Shown here: piece by piece, positions 18,698-29,250 of the stretch
Numbering within the stretch: the first letter of the stretch is position 1
Layout: every line of letters begins with the position of its first letter
NCBI GenBank assembly: GCA_019057815.1
Contig: JAHLWR010000014.1
Span: forward strand, 32,001-96,000
Length of the DNA stretch: 64,000 bases
From: Candidatus Heimdallarchaeota archaeon
Lineage (GTDB): Archaea; Asgardarchaeota; Heimdallarchaeia; Heimdallarchaeales; Heimdallarchaeaceae
Direction of reading: 5' to 3'
Program-made: the position numbers and the translations under genes
The notes under the pieces: model-generated
What the model saw: only the letters and a program-made list of their open reading frames with translations
What the model was told of the DNA's origin: nothing
Databases searched by the model: none

Positions 18698-20770
18698 TTA
18701 AAAAGTCCTATAAATTATTGCTTCTATTTTGTTAATCTTACTTTGATTCAGAATTTTTGTGATCTGTTCACTTTTTTGTAAATCCTGCCAAATATTTGAA
18801 TTCTTAATATTTGTGATGAAATTTTCTATTCTTTTTGAAGCTGTATATGATTCACCCTTGTAAACATAACAAAAATATAATGATGCAATCTTTTTTATGA
18901 TTATACTATTCTCTTCATGTTTAATACGATCTATACAACCAGAAACCCCAAATGCTTCTTGAATGAAATTGTTTATAGCTGATATAAAACCTGCAACAAG
19001 CATATCGTTAAAATCTTGGGACATAGCAAAATTTTTTGAATAAATAGGAATTCCTGATTCTGATAAGAGTAAAAGAATAATAGGTTCTTCATCCTGTTCT
19101 TCTAATATTTCTAGTTCTTTTTGTTTCCACATATTGCTTACTATTTCATCGAATTTTGTAGTTTTAATACGCTCAATTAGAGAAACATCCTTTTTTTCTA
19201 GTTCTTCCCATAGTTCTAATTTCTCAAGTAACAGATCATGTTCTTTAGAAATTTTCCTTGCTAGTTTTGTTAACCCCTTTTCTTCTGCTATAATTTATGC
19301 TTGAGTTAACAAATGTCTAGCTTCATTCAAATCAAACTGTATTGCAGATAATTGTGAATGTAGCCAATAAGTTTCAGCAAGTAAGTGATAATTACTCTGC
19401 GCTTTAGCAATCTTAATTAAATCCTGAAAAATAAGTTGAGCCTCTATCAGAGCTTCTTTATCACCATAATGACTAATTTCAGAAATAAGTAATTCAAATT
19501 TGTTGAGTAAAGCTATAACAGTTAATCTATGGTCTACTACTTCTTCACTAATTAACTGTGTAAGAAGAATTTCTGCTTGAACTCTATCTCTAGCGTGAGT
19601 ACTAGTTTTTAGTTTTAGTGCATGAGCAATTTGATAACGTTGGCTGACAATTTTGTTTTCTTCCTGTTCATGAATTTGTTTTAGTAGTTGTAAGTACTCT
19701 TGGGTTTGATCATAAGAATGCATGTTAATAGATAAAATAACTAGAAAAAAGAGAACCTCAGCTAAATCGATTTTGTTTCCTAATTCTTCAAAAAGAACTA
19801 CGCTTCGTTCAAAGTGATTAAAAGCTTTGTTCAGCTCGTCTTTCTGTTGATAAATTACCCCCATATTAGTGATAGAATAAGCTATGAATAGCTTATTACC
19901 AAGTACTTCACTTATTACTAAAGATTGTTGCAAGAATTCCAATGCACGATCTAATTCGCCTTTATCTTTGTATAGATCACCCATATTAACAAGAATAATT
20001 GTATTTCCTCTCTTATCACCTAATTTCTCATTTATTGTTAAAGCTTGACTGTAATTATCTAATGCTTTATCTAATTCACCTTGAAGTTTGTAGATAACTC
20101 CTATATTAACAAAAGACCTAGCCATCCTCTCTTCATTTACTAATTCTTCACTTATTTTCAAACTCCTCTGGAAACAAACTAAAGCATGATCCAGTTCACC
20201 TTTTCGCGTGTAAATTTGTCCAGTACCATTTAGTATTTTCGTAATGTCTTGCTTATTACCTAATACTTCGTTTATCATTAAACTCTGCTGGAAACAATCT
20301 AAAGCTCGATCCAATTCATCTTTATGCAAAAGAGCTACTCCTTTATGAAGCAATAATGCAGCTTTTCGTGGTTTTTTTCCAGATAGTGGTTTTATTTCTA
20401 ATCTTTGAAGTACTTTTTCCCCTTGCTCAACAACTTCTAATCCTCTATCATATTGACCAAGGAGCCATAATGCTTCTGCCATAATTATTAAAGCATCGAC
20501 TTTAATCTCTTCTCTTTCTTCCCCTTCCATTTCTTCAATGTGTTCTTCTTCTCTTACGACTTGTTGTGCTATATTCAATGCGGTTTTATGATCACTCTGT
20601 CCAAGCAAGCATCTACTCTTTACAATTTTACATCTTAAATAGAATGCATTCATAGGAGCTTGTTTTTCTATCTCTTCTACTTCTTTTAATGCATCCTCGT
20701 ATCTTCCCTCTAAAATCAGCTGTTCAATTCTTTCTAGATTCATAAACCCTATTACCTTTGTTTCGTTCAA
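18698..20770 (-). pseudogene. TPR plus longin-like protein interrupted by a single in-frame TAA at 19295-19297
   Basis: ORFs 19295-20770 and 18698-19132 share one frame; reading through gives LLTQA*IIAEEKGL versus LLTQAQIIAEEKGL in the intact paralog. Confidence 0.8.
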
Positions 20771-20898
20771 ATATAAGAATTTCTAATAGAATCAATTCTT
20801 TTGGTTATCTATGATTCAAGTCAGATTCGAATATATATATATGCATTAGAAGAATCCCATTGAAAGGGCTTAATACAGCATATTTTCACAATTAATTC

Positions 20899-23085
20899 TT
20901 AGTTTGCAGGAAAGATATTTTCTATCATTGTTTCGACTCTGTTAATCTCACTTTGACTAAAACCTTTGGTAATCATTTCACTATCTTGTAAATAATCCAA
21001 TATAGGAGAATTGTTAATTTCCTTGATGAAACGTTCAAGTTTTGAAGAAGCAGCGTATGATCCACCTTTAAAGACATAGCAGATAAACATTGATTCAATG
21101 TGTTTTATCAGAATAGTATTTTCTTTATGTTTAATACGATCTATGTATCCAGAAACTCCAAAAGCATCTTGAATGAAATTGTTTATAGCTGATATAAAGC
21201 CTGCAACAAGCATATCATCAATTTCTTGGGACATAGCAAAATTTTTAGAGTAAATTGGAATTCCAGTCTCATATAATAATATTAAAACAATTGGTTCTTC
21301 TTCTTGTTCTTCTAACATTTCCAGCTCCTTTTTCATCCGTATTTTTTTAACTAATTCTTCTAATTTTGCTATTTTCTCACCTTCAATAAGAGAATTATCC
21401 ATCTTTGATAATTCTTCCCATTGTTCTATTTGAATTAATAAATTATCATGCTCACTGGATAATTTAACAGCTAGTCGAGAGAGACCCTTCTCTTCTGCAA
21501 TAATTTGAGCTTGAGTTAGCAAATGCCTTGCTACATTAAAATCATATTGCACTATAGCCAACTGTGCTTGTAACCAATAAGATTCAGTAAACAATAGATA
21601 TGAATTTTGCATTTTAGCAATCTTAATTAGGTTACTAGACAACAAATGAGCTTCTCTCAAAACTTCCTGATTACCATAATGACTAAATTCTGAAATAAGT
21701 AATTCAAACAAACAGAGCAGAGCTACAACTTTTAATTCATTATCTACACCTTCTTCGCTCAATATCTGCTCAAAAAGCTCTCCAGCCTCAACTCTAGAAC
21801 GAACACGTGTGCTCGTTTTTAGAATTAATGCTTTTGATAGAATAAAGAGATGATTAATGTACTTGCTATCTTCTTTCCTATTAATTTGTTCTATCTCATC
21901 TAGTAACTTATTTGCCTTTTCTAGTGAATTCACATCAATATATGTGCAAATTAGATGAAATAAAATCCAAACCTTATAATAATTGTCTCCTATGTTCTCA
22001 AAAATCTCAAGTCCTTTACTAAAGTAATCAATTGCTAACTCTGCATTATCTTTTTTCCTATAAGTCTCTCCAATATTGGTATATAGCCAAGCCAAGCTCA
22101 ATTCATTTTCTAATTCTTCATAAATCTTTGAACTTGCTTGGTAATATTCAAGTGCTTTATCTAACTCACCCATCTTTGTATATATTATACCTATACTGAG
22201 TAGAGATGTTGGAGTGTCTTGAACATTTCCTATTTCTTCACTTATTGCTAAACTCTTGATGAAATCATCTAAAGCTCCCTTAATATCACCAGTTTTTCCT
22301 TTAACAACACCTAGAGTATTAAGAGTTTGTGCAATACCAATTTGATCCCCCATCTCTTCTCTTAATGCCAAACCTTTTCTTAAAAACTCAAAAGACAGAT
22401 GGAACTCCTCTTTATGGTGGTAATATACTCCATAATTACGATAAGATTCAGCTAAACCAGTTTTGTCTCCTATCTCTTCTCTAATTTTCATACTTTGTTG
22501 ATAATAGTCAAATGAACGATTATGATCACCTTTAATTGTGTAACTAACTCCAATATTACCTAATGTGTTAGCAATATTTTGCTTGTTATCTAGTTGTTCA
22601 TATAATTTTAAACTCCTTTCAAAAACGGATATAGACTTATCCAGATTTCCTTCAAGAAAAAATTGACAACCCTTTTGATATAAAATTGAAGCTTCTCTTG
22701 ATTTATGCTTAAGATGCCTTTCTTTTTGCAATTCTTTGAGGATGTTCATACTTTTTTCTATAACTTCTTGACTTTTATTATATTCACCAAAATATTGCAG
22801 TATTTCTGCTTTTACTAGTAAGGAATCTATTAACAGTCCTTTCTTTTGTGTTTCTTGTAAATCATCAATTGAATTTTGAATTAGACTAAAAGCTTTTTCC
22901 AACGCCCCTATCTTTATCAGATTTTTACTTCTTAATATTCTACATCTTATTCTTTCATTTACTTTTTTTTGTTCTTTTTCTATCTTCTCAAGCTCTTCAA
23001 TAGCTTCAATAATTTTTCCCTCAAGTACTAGACTATTGATTTTCTGATTGTTAGTTGAATTAGAGATAGAGATCACCAACTCCAT
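20899..23085 (-). CDS. TPR-repeat protein with C-terminal longin/roadblock-like domain
   Basis: Multiple ~40-aa TPR repeats (A..LGNIG..Y...G....A..YY..S..I.EEIGD); C-terminal GIPIYSKNF...LVAGFISAINNF. Confidence 0.85.
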   Translation of the reverse strand: MELVISISNSTNNQKINSLVLEGKIIEAIEELEKIEKEQKKVNERIRCRILRSKNLIKIGALEKAFSLIQNSIDDLQETQKKGLLIDSLLVKAEILQYFGEYNKSQEVIEKSMNILKELQKERHLKHKSREASILYQKGCQFFLEGNLDKSISVFERSLKLYEQLDNKQNIANTLGNIGVSYTIKGDHNRSFDYYQQSMKIREEIGDKTGLAESYRNYGVYYHHKEEFHLSFEFLRKGLALREEMGDQIGIAQTLNTLGVVKGKTGDIKGALDDFIKSLAISEEIGNVQDTPTSLLSIGIIYTKMGELDKALEYYQASSKIYEELENELSLAWLYTNIGETYRKKDNAELAIDYFSKGLEIFENIGDNYYKVWILFHLICTYIDVNSLEKANKLLDEIEQINRKEDSKYINHLFILSKALILKTSTRVRSRVEAGELFEQILSEEGVDNELKVVALLCLFELLISEFSHYGNQEVLREAHLLSSNLIKIAKMQNSYLLFTESYWLQAQLAIVQYDFNVARHLLTQAQIIAEEKGLSRLAVKLSSEHDNLLIQIEQWEELSKMDNSLIEGEKIAKLEELVKKIRMKKELEMLEEQEEEPIVLILLYETGIPIYSKNFAMSQEIDDMLVAGFISAINNFIQDAFGVSGYIDRIKHKENTILIKHIESMFICYVFKGGSYAASSKLERFIKEINNSPILDYLQDSEMITKGFSQSEINRVETMIENIFPAN

Positions 23086-23362
23086 TCAAAGTAATTCCTA
23101 CAATTACGGTATATCTACAGAATCCCTATCATATTGTACATTTACTAATATATACACTTTCTCTTTTACTTTCTCTAACTTAATTCAAAAATTGAATTAA
23201 TGATCAAAAAAATTAGATGTTTTATTGATATCAAAATGATGTGTAATAATTGTTATATATTGATAAAGAAATATTTACTCATTAAGGAGTACTATCATCA
23301 AAATCTTCTTAATCACGAGGATTGTTTGTTTCTATTTAACAGAACAGAGATAGTGAATAAAT

Positions 23363-26300
23363 ATGAATATTGAGGATATTAAAACTCAACAACTATTTGA
23401 TTTAACAGAAGTAATATTTATCGTAATTAAAAACGATCTAAATCTTGCTATTATTAACAAAAAAGGACTGGAAATTCTAGAATATACAGAAGATGAAATT
23501 ATAGGAAATAAATGGTTTGATAATTTTCTACCTAATAGGTCTATTAAAGAAGTAAAAACTTACTTTACTAACGTTTTCAAAGGAAATATTAAACTTTCTG
23601 AATATTATGAATATCCTTTATTGACGAAGGCTGGTGAAGAGAAAGCGATTGCTTGGTATAATTCTCATATTAGAAGTAAAGATGACGAAATAATTGGTAT
23701 CCTTTCTACTGGTATAGATATTACCAAGCAAAAGAAATCGGAAGAAATGCTAAAATCTTCAGAAGCATTATATAAAACATTATTTGAATCAACTGGAACA
23801 GGAGCAATACTAATTGAAGAAAATGGAACCATCTCATTATGTAATACGAAATTTGAAGAAATCACTGGATATTCAAAAGAAGAAGTAGAAGGGAAAAGAA
23901 ATTGGATGGAATTGTTTCCAAAAAGTGAGCTTGAAAGATTAATTGAATTTTCCCGCAAAACTAGAGAGGAGCATTCTTTGTTACCTGTTGAAATTGAGAT
24001 AAAACTGGTGAACAAACAGAGTGAATTAAGGGATGTAATAATTGTCCTTAATATAATTAAAGAATCAAATCAAACTATAATCATATTTTTTGATATAACA
24101 GAAAGAAAACAAGTGGAATTACAAGTACAGAAGGAGAAATATAAAGCAAAAAGCTATCTAGATGTTGCTGCTGTTATGCTTGTAGCTTTTGATGTAAACG
24201 GAAATATAACTCTTATCAATCGTAAAGGATGTGAAACATTAGGTTATAAAGAAAGTGAAATATTAGAGCAAAACTGGGTTGATAACTTCATTCCATTGGA
24301 TTGGAGAGATAATGTCAAACAAGTTTTTAGTAAATTAATATATGATGATATTGAACCATTTAGGTATTATGAAAATCCTGTTCTTACAAAAGATGGTTCA
24401 GAACAGCTTATTGCATGGTATAATTCTGTTATTAAAGATGAAGAGCAGAACGTTATAGGAATTCTGAGTTCTGGGGAAGATATAACAGAAAAGAGAAAAG
24501 CACAAGAAGATCTTGCTTTTCTCTATCATCTAGAACAGATTTTTTCAAGAATATCAGCAGATTTTATTAGCATGTCTATTAATGACATTGATCAAGGAAT
24601 CAATAATTCTTTAGAGCAAATTGCAAATTTTACTGGTGCTTATCGTAGTTCAATAATTCACTTTTCAGAGGATTTTGAAACATTGAATTGCACTCATGAT
24701 TGGATTAGTGAATCGATGGTTTCTAAAATTCAGCCACTCTTAAATATCTCATCAGATACTTTTATGTTTTTCATTGATTTGCTTAAGAATAAAGAAAATA
24801 TTGTTGTTCAAAGTATTGACACTCTTCCTGTAGATGCAGTAAAAGAAAGAGAGTGGATGAAAACTAATGAAATACAAACAATGATACTAGTCCCTATGTT
24901 ATACGAAGATACTATGAGTGGAACCATTGCGATATTCCGAGAAACTGATCATGCACAAGCAAGACTTGAAAGATTATTTCCTCTTTTGCAATTTTCAGTA
25001 GATATGTTTGTTAGTGCATTAAAACGGAAAGAAGCAGAGGAAGTACTAGAAGAAAGTGAAGAAAGATATTCAACACTACTTCATGAGATGTTAAGTGGAT
25101 TTTCTTACCGTAAAGTTATTTTTGATGACGAAGGAAAACCGATTGATTTTGTTTTTCTTGAGGTAAACGATAACTATGAAAAATTAACTGGAATGAAGAG
25201 AGAAAATATTATAGGTAAAAGGTTTACTGAAATATATCCAAAAATTCAGTTTGATCAAGATTTTAATTGGTGTGAAGAATATGTAGAAGTGGCTATAACC
25301 GGTAAACCAAAGAGGTTTGTGAAATATCATACAGATCTTAATAGTTGGTTTGATATCTCTGTTTTTTCAATAGAGAAGGGATTCTTTGCTACAACTTTTG
25401 AAAACATAACAGATCGTATATTAGCTGAAAAGAAAATTAAAGAAAGTGAAGAGAAATATAGATCATTAGTAGAGACGATGAATGAAGGGTTATCAGTCAT
25501 TGATGAAAAACAAGTTAATACCTATGTAAATAAGAAATTGTGTGAAATTCTAGGATATACAGAATATGAGTTGCTGGGGGAACCTATGGCAGAATTTCTG
25601 ACTGAAGAAAGTCAAGAGATTTTTGCTAATCAGATGAAGGAAAGAAGAAAAGGTAAATATGAACCTTATGAGATGACTTGGAAGCGAAAGGATGGAACGA
25701 TTGCTCATACTCTTTTAGCACCAAAAATTTTGTTCAATGAAAAAGGAGATTATATCGGTTCTTTTGCAGTTATTACTGATATATCAAAACGTAAAAAAGC
25801 TGAAGAAGCTTTGAGAAAGCACAAAGATCATTTAGAAGAACTTGTGAAAGAGAGAACTGCTGAATTAGGACATTCAAATCAAGAATTAGAAGCTTTTACA
25901 TACACAGTATCGCATGATCTTCGAGCACCACTCCGAGCAATGCAAGGGTTTTCTCAAGCTTTACTAGAAGACTACGAGAGCGTTTTAGATGATGATGGTA
26001 AGGAATTTGCATCCAGGATAATTAACGCTGCAAATACAATGAATGAATTAATCACAGATTTACTGAATTATAGTAGAATAGGTCGCAAAAAAATAGATCT
26101 TATACCTATTTTACTATCAAAGCTAATTGAAGATGTTTTAAAACAACATGAAAATGAGATTAAGAAAAGTAAAACAAAAATTACATTAGAAAAGATAGAC
26201 TGCAACATTTTGGGTCAACATAGTCTAGTGTCTCAAATTATTGAAAATTTAGTATCAAACGCTCTGAAATTTAGAAAACCTGAGATTGATCTAACTATTA

Positions 26301-26566
26301 AAATTTGGACTGAGGATTATGGTGATAAAATACGCTTCTATATTAAAGATAATGGTATAGGAATTGATGAAGAATATTTCACAAAAATATTTCAAGTCTT
26401 TGAAAGATTACATAGTACTGAAAAGTATCCAGGGACAGGGATAGGATTAGCTACAGTGAAAAAAACAGCTGAATTATTAGGTGGTAAAGTTGGAGTAATT
26501 TCAACTTTGGGAGAGGGTTCAATATTTTGGGCAGACTTTTTAAAAGCAAAAGAGAAGGTACAGTAA
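23363..26566 (+). CDS. Multi-PAS/GAF sensor histidine kinase
   Basis: About five PAS/PAC repeats (DITK/DITE ends), a GAF-like segment, H-box SHDLRAPLR, NLVSNALKF, DNGIG, GTGIGL. Confidence 0.93.
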   Translation: MNIEDIKTQQLFDLTEVIFIVIKNDLNLAIINKKGLEILEYTEDEIIGNKWFDNFLPNRSIKEVKTYFTNVFKGNIKLSEYYEYPLLTKAGEEKAIAWYNSHIRSKDDEIIGILSTGIDITKQKKSEEMLKSSEALYKTLFESTGTGAILIEENGTISLCNTKFEEITGYSKEEVEGKRNWMELFPKSELERLIEFSRKTREEHSLLPVEIEIKLVNKQSELRDVIIVLNIIKESNQTIIIFFDITERKQVELQVQKEKYKAKSYLDVAAVMLVAFDVNGNITLINRKGCETLGYKESEILEQNWVDNFIPLDWRDNVKQVFSKLIYDDIEPFRYYENPVLTKDGSEQLIAWYNSVIKDEEQNVIGILSSGEDITEKRKAQEDLAFLYHLEQIFSRISADFISMSINDIDQGINNSLEQIANFTGAYRSSIIHFSEDFETLNCTHDWISESMVSKIQPLLNISSDTFMFFIDLLKNKENIVVQSIDTLPVDAVKEREWMKTNEIQTMILVPMLYEDTMSGTIAIFRETDHAQARLERLFPLLQFSVDMFVSALKRKEAEEVLEESEERYSTLLHEMLSGFSYRKVIFDDEGKPIDFVFLEVNDNYEKLTGMKRENIIGKRFTEIYPKIQFDQDFNWCEEYVEVAITGKPKRFVKYHTDLNSWFDISVFSIEKGFFATTFENITDRILAEKKIKESEEKYRSLVETMNEGLSVIDEKQVNTYVNKKLCEILGYTEYELLGEPMAEFLTEESQEIFANQMKERRKGKYEPYEMTWKRKDGTIAHTLLAPKILFNEKGDYIGSFAVITDISKRKKAEEALRKHKDHLEELVKERTAELGHSNQELEAFTYTVSHDLRAPLRAMQGFSQALLEDYESVLDDDGKEFASRIINAANTMNELITDLLNYSRIGRKKIDLIPILLSKLIEDVLKQHENEIKKSKTKITLEKIDCNILGQHSLVSQIIENLVSNALKFRKPEIDLTIKIWTEDYGDKIRFYIKDNGIGIDEEYFTKIFQVFERLHSTEKYPGTGIGLATVKKTAELLGGKVGVISTLGEGSIFWADFLKAKEKVQ

Positions 26567-27003
26567 TGAAACAAAATTTAATTCTACTCGTAGAAGATGA
26601 TGGAAATGATATAATATTAATTAAAAGAGCCTTTAAAAAAGCGAAAACTATTAATCCTCTTGAAGTAGTTACTGATGGAGAGGAAGCAATAAACTATTTA
26701 AAAGGAGAAGGAAAGTATATTGATCGAATTCAATATCCCTTACCTATAATAATCCTTTTGGATTTAAAACTACCTTTAAAATCAGGTTTTGAAGTTTTAG
26801 AATGGATAAAAAAACAAGAGGGTTTAAAACGTATTCCAGTTGTCATCCTTACTTCTTCTTCAGAATCAAGAGATATCAATCGAGCATACGATTTAGGAGC
26901 GAATACATACCTAACAAAACCTGTATATTTTGCAGATTTGATAGAGATATTGAAGACTATTGATATCTATTGGCTAATATTAAGCGAGAAACCTGATGTT
27001 TAA
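26566..27003 (+). CDS. Response regulator, Rcp1-like single REC domain
   Basis: TAATG overlap with the kinase; LLVEDD, LLDLKLP, LTSS, AYDLGAN.YLTKP, YW. Confidence 0.9.
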   Translation: MKQNLILLVEDDGNDIILIKRAFKKAKTINPLEVVTDGEEAINYLKGEGKYIDRIQYPLPIIILLDLKLPLKSGFEVLEWIKKQEGLKRIPVVILTSSSESRDINRAYDLGANTYLTKPVYFADLIEILKTIDIYWLILSEKPDV

Positions 27004-27042
27004 TATATATATTAAATTAATAATTATGAAAGGTGTGGTCAA

Positions 27043-27678
27043 ATGTCAAAAATAAAAATTCTTCTAATTGATGATGATTCAAATGATAGATTACTGATTA
27101 TTAGACACTTAAAACGAGAATTTCAAGATGTTGAAATAACGCAAATAATAAATGAATCTGAATTTTATTCTGCACTTGAAAAAGAGAATTTCAATTGTGT
27201 TATTACTGATTATGTTTTCTATTGGTCTGATGGTTTGTCTATTTTGAGAACTATTAAGAAACTAGATCCTAATATGCCCGTTATAATGTTTACAGGTACA
27301 GGAGATGAAGAAGTAGCTGTAAAAGCCATGAAGACTGAATTAGATGATTATATTATAAAAAAACCGAAACACTTCCAACGTCTGGCTGTATCCGTGAAAA
27401 AGACTTTAGAGAGATATGAAGAAAAAAAGAGATTAAAAGAAATAGAAATAGAAAAAAAACAAGCATTTGATCAATTAAGAAAGAATCTCGAAGCTTTTTC
27501 TATTTTGATAGATGAAATCAGAAATCCATTGACAATCATTTTGGGCTTAGCAGAGTTTTGTAAAGAAGATTGTGCAAAAACAATTACTAAAAATGTAATA
27601 TTTATTGAAGAAGCTATAAGAAAAATTGATGATAGATATCTTGAATCTATAATTACATGGAATTTATTGCAGAAATAA
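27043..27678 (+). CDS. Response regulator with C-terminal HisKA-like helix lacking the His
   Basis: LLIDDD, VITDY, FTGTG, DDYIIK; C-terminal LIDEIRNPLTIILG. Confidence 0.85.
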   Translation: MSKIKILLIDDDSNDRLLIIRHLKREFQDVEITQIINESEFYSALEKENFNCVITDYVFYWSDGLSILRTIKKLDPNMPVIMFTGTGDEEVAVKAMKTELDDYIIKKPKHFQRLAVSVKKTLERYEEKKRLKEIEIEKKQAFDQLRKNLEAFSILIDEIRNPLTIILGLAEFCKEDCAKTITKNVIFIEEAIRKIDDRYLESIITWNLLQK

Positions 27679-27726
27679 TTAAGAATCGACTCTCAGTAAA
27701 AACCTTTCTCCCAAAAAAGAAAAAGG

Positions 27727-29175
27727 TTAAATTTTAATTGTCTTCCAGAACTTTTTAGCTGATTTATTGCCACCATATCCAAGTAATTTTCCTACGTATG
27801 GCCAGATAGGATTAAGAAAAGGAAGATACATTACAATCCAATTAGCAATCTTATGAGGAAGTGTAGGAACATGATTATACTCACAATCAGAGATACATCT
27901 AGAACAGTCTCCACCATTGTCTAACCAGAACATATAACATGTTTCTACATTGATATACCATTTCTTGATACCAGGATTATTGCTCATACTATAGGTTTTG
28001 TATGAGGGCTCTTTATCAAATGGAATAGAAGCACTTGGGCATTTTTCAGCACATGTCATGCAAGTTTTACAGAACTTCTCTACAGATTTAGCGAATTTAT
28101 AATCTGCTTTATCTGGAACCAAAGGTAAGTCAGTTAATATTTTTGCTATCCTAATTCTAGGACCATATTCTCTTGTAATCAACAATCCATGGCGACCATA
28201 ACCCCCGAGTCCAGCTTCTACAGCTAGAGGTACTGACAAACCTAGACTGTTACCAGCTGGGATAGCTTCATAACCTAGATTTTTAAGAAAACTTGATAAT
28301 AGTGTTCTTACAAAAGCTATTTTCGAGTATCCTAGACCTGTTGCAATACCTGAGGGCATCTTTGGTGCAGTGTTTATCGCTCCTTGATCCATTTCAATTG
28401 CTATAACAATAGCGTATTGAATCTTTTCAGGGATGACATAAGATCTATCCAGTCGATCATTTGTATAAATCCACTTTGGATCAAATTTAGCTATTCCAAT
28501 CAAATCTGCACCATAAAACTTAGCAATCTTTTTCAGCCATTGAGTCATTATCTTAGGGTCTTCAATATCATATTTGGCTGGTTTTTGAACATCATAATTA
28601 ACCTGCTTAACATTATTTTTTGCTTTTTCTTCCTCCAATTTCTTCTTATCCTCTTCTGTTAAAGTTAGTTTTCTATCATTATGGAATTCTCTCATAGAAA
28701 CTAAATTTTCTATTGTCCAAGCGGCATCAACAGCTGCAAGTTCAATTTCAGAATAGCCATCTAATCCCATGGCTGCTTTTTCTTTAGCTTTTCCAAAGAT
28801 TGGTTTCTTGTAACCATCAAAACTTTCATCCCACATTCTTCGACTGAAAATAGTATTTTTTTCATTAAATCTTTGAAAAATCTCTTCATCTATCTCAAAA
28901 GGTTGTTTTTCTTTTTTCCAATCTTTATTCTTCGTTTTTAACTTTAATTTACCTGGAATAATCTTCTTCTTATCACTTCTCTTTACTTCTATTGCATCAA
29001 ATGGACAGACATAGACACACTGTAAACAGTTGATACAATTGCTTTTTATGATTACAGCAGTGTTTTTCTCTATTTTAACCGCTATTTTACCCCTCTTGTT
29101 CTGAGGACAAATATCAACACATTCTTGTTTACATTGAGTTGGTTTACATCTATCAGATAGATTAAGAATTTCCAT
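27727..29175 (-). CDS. rdhA: Reductive dehalogenase (RdhA-like) with N-terminal RLI/ABCE1-type ferredoxin domain
   Basis: YGADLIGIA, AVEAGLGGYGRHGLLITREYGPRIR, CKTCMTCAEKCP, CSRCISDC; N-terminal CKPTQCKQECVDICP...CINCLQCVYVCPFDAI. Confidence 0.85.
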   Translation of the reverse strand: MEILNLSDRCKPTQCKQECVDICPQNKRGKIAVKIEKNTAVIIKSNCINCLQCVYVCPFDAIEVKRSDKKKIIPGKLKLKTKNKDWKKEKQPFEIDEEIFQRFNEKNTIFSRRMWDESFDGYKKPIFGKAKEKAAMGLDGYSEIELAAVDAAWTIENLVSMREFHNDRKLTLTEEDKKKLEEEKAKNNVKQVNYDVQKPAKYDIEDPKIMTQWLKKIAKFYGADLIGIAKFDPKWIYTNDRLDRSYVIPEKIQYAIVIAIEMDQGAINTAPKMPSGIATGLGYSKIAFVRTLLSSFLKNLGYEAIPAGNSLGLSVPLAVEAGLGGYGRHGLLITREYGPRIRIAKILTDLPLVPDKADYKFAKSVEKFCKTCMTCAEKCPSASIPFDKEPSYKTYSMSNNPGIKKWYINVETCYMFWLDNGGDCSRCISDCEYNHVPTLPHKIANWIVMYLPFLNPIWPYVGKLLGYGGNKSAKKFWKTIKI

Positions 29176-29250
29176 TAGTCTGAAAACTGTGTATCATGCT
29201 AAAAATTTTTTGTAACGAGGATAAGTTTTGTGAAAATTCTCTGTAAGTTT

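Noticed and set aside
19295-19297. Selenocysteine or pyrrolysine read-through in the TPR gene
   Set aside because: The stop is TAA and the paralog has Gln, so a simple nonsense change or sequencing error explains it
26527-26565. N-terminal extension of the response regulator in the ORF track
   Set aside because: ATG 26566 overlapping the kinase stop (TAATG) gives a canonical REC start
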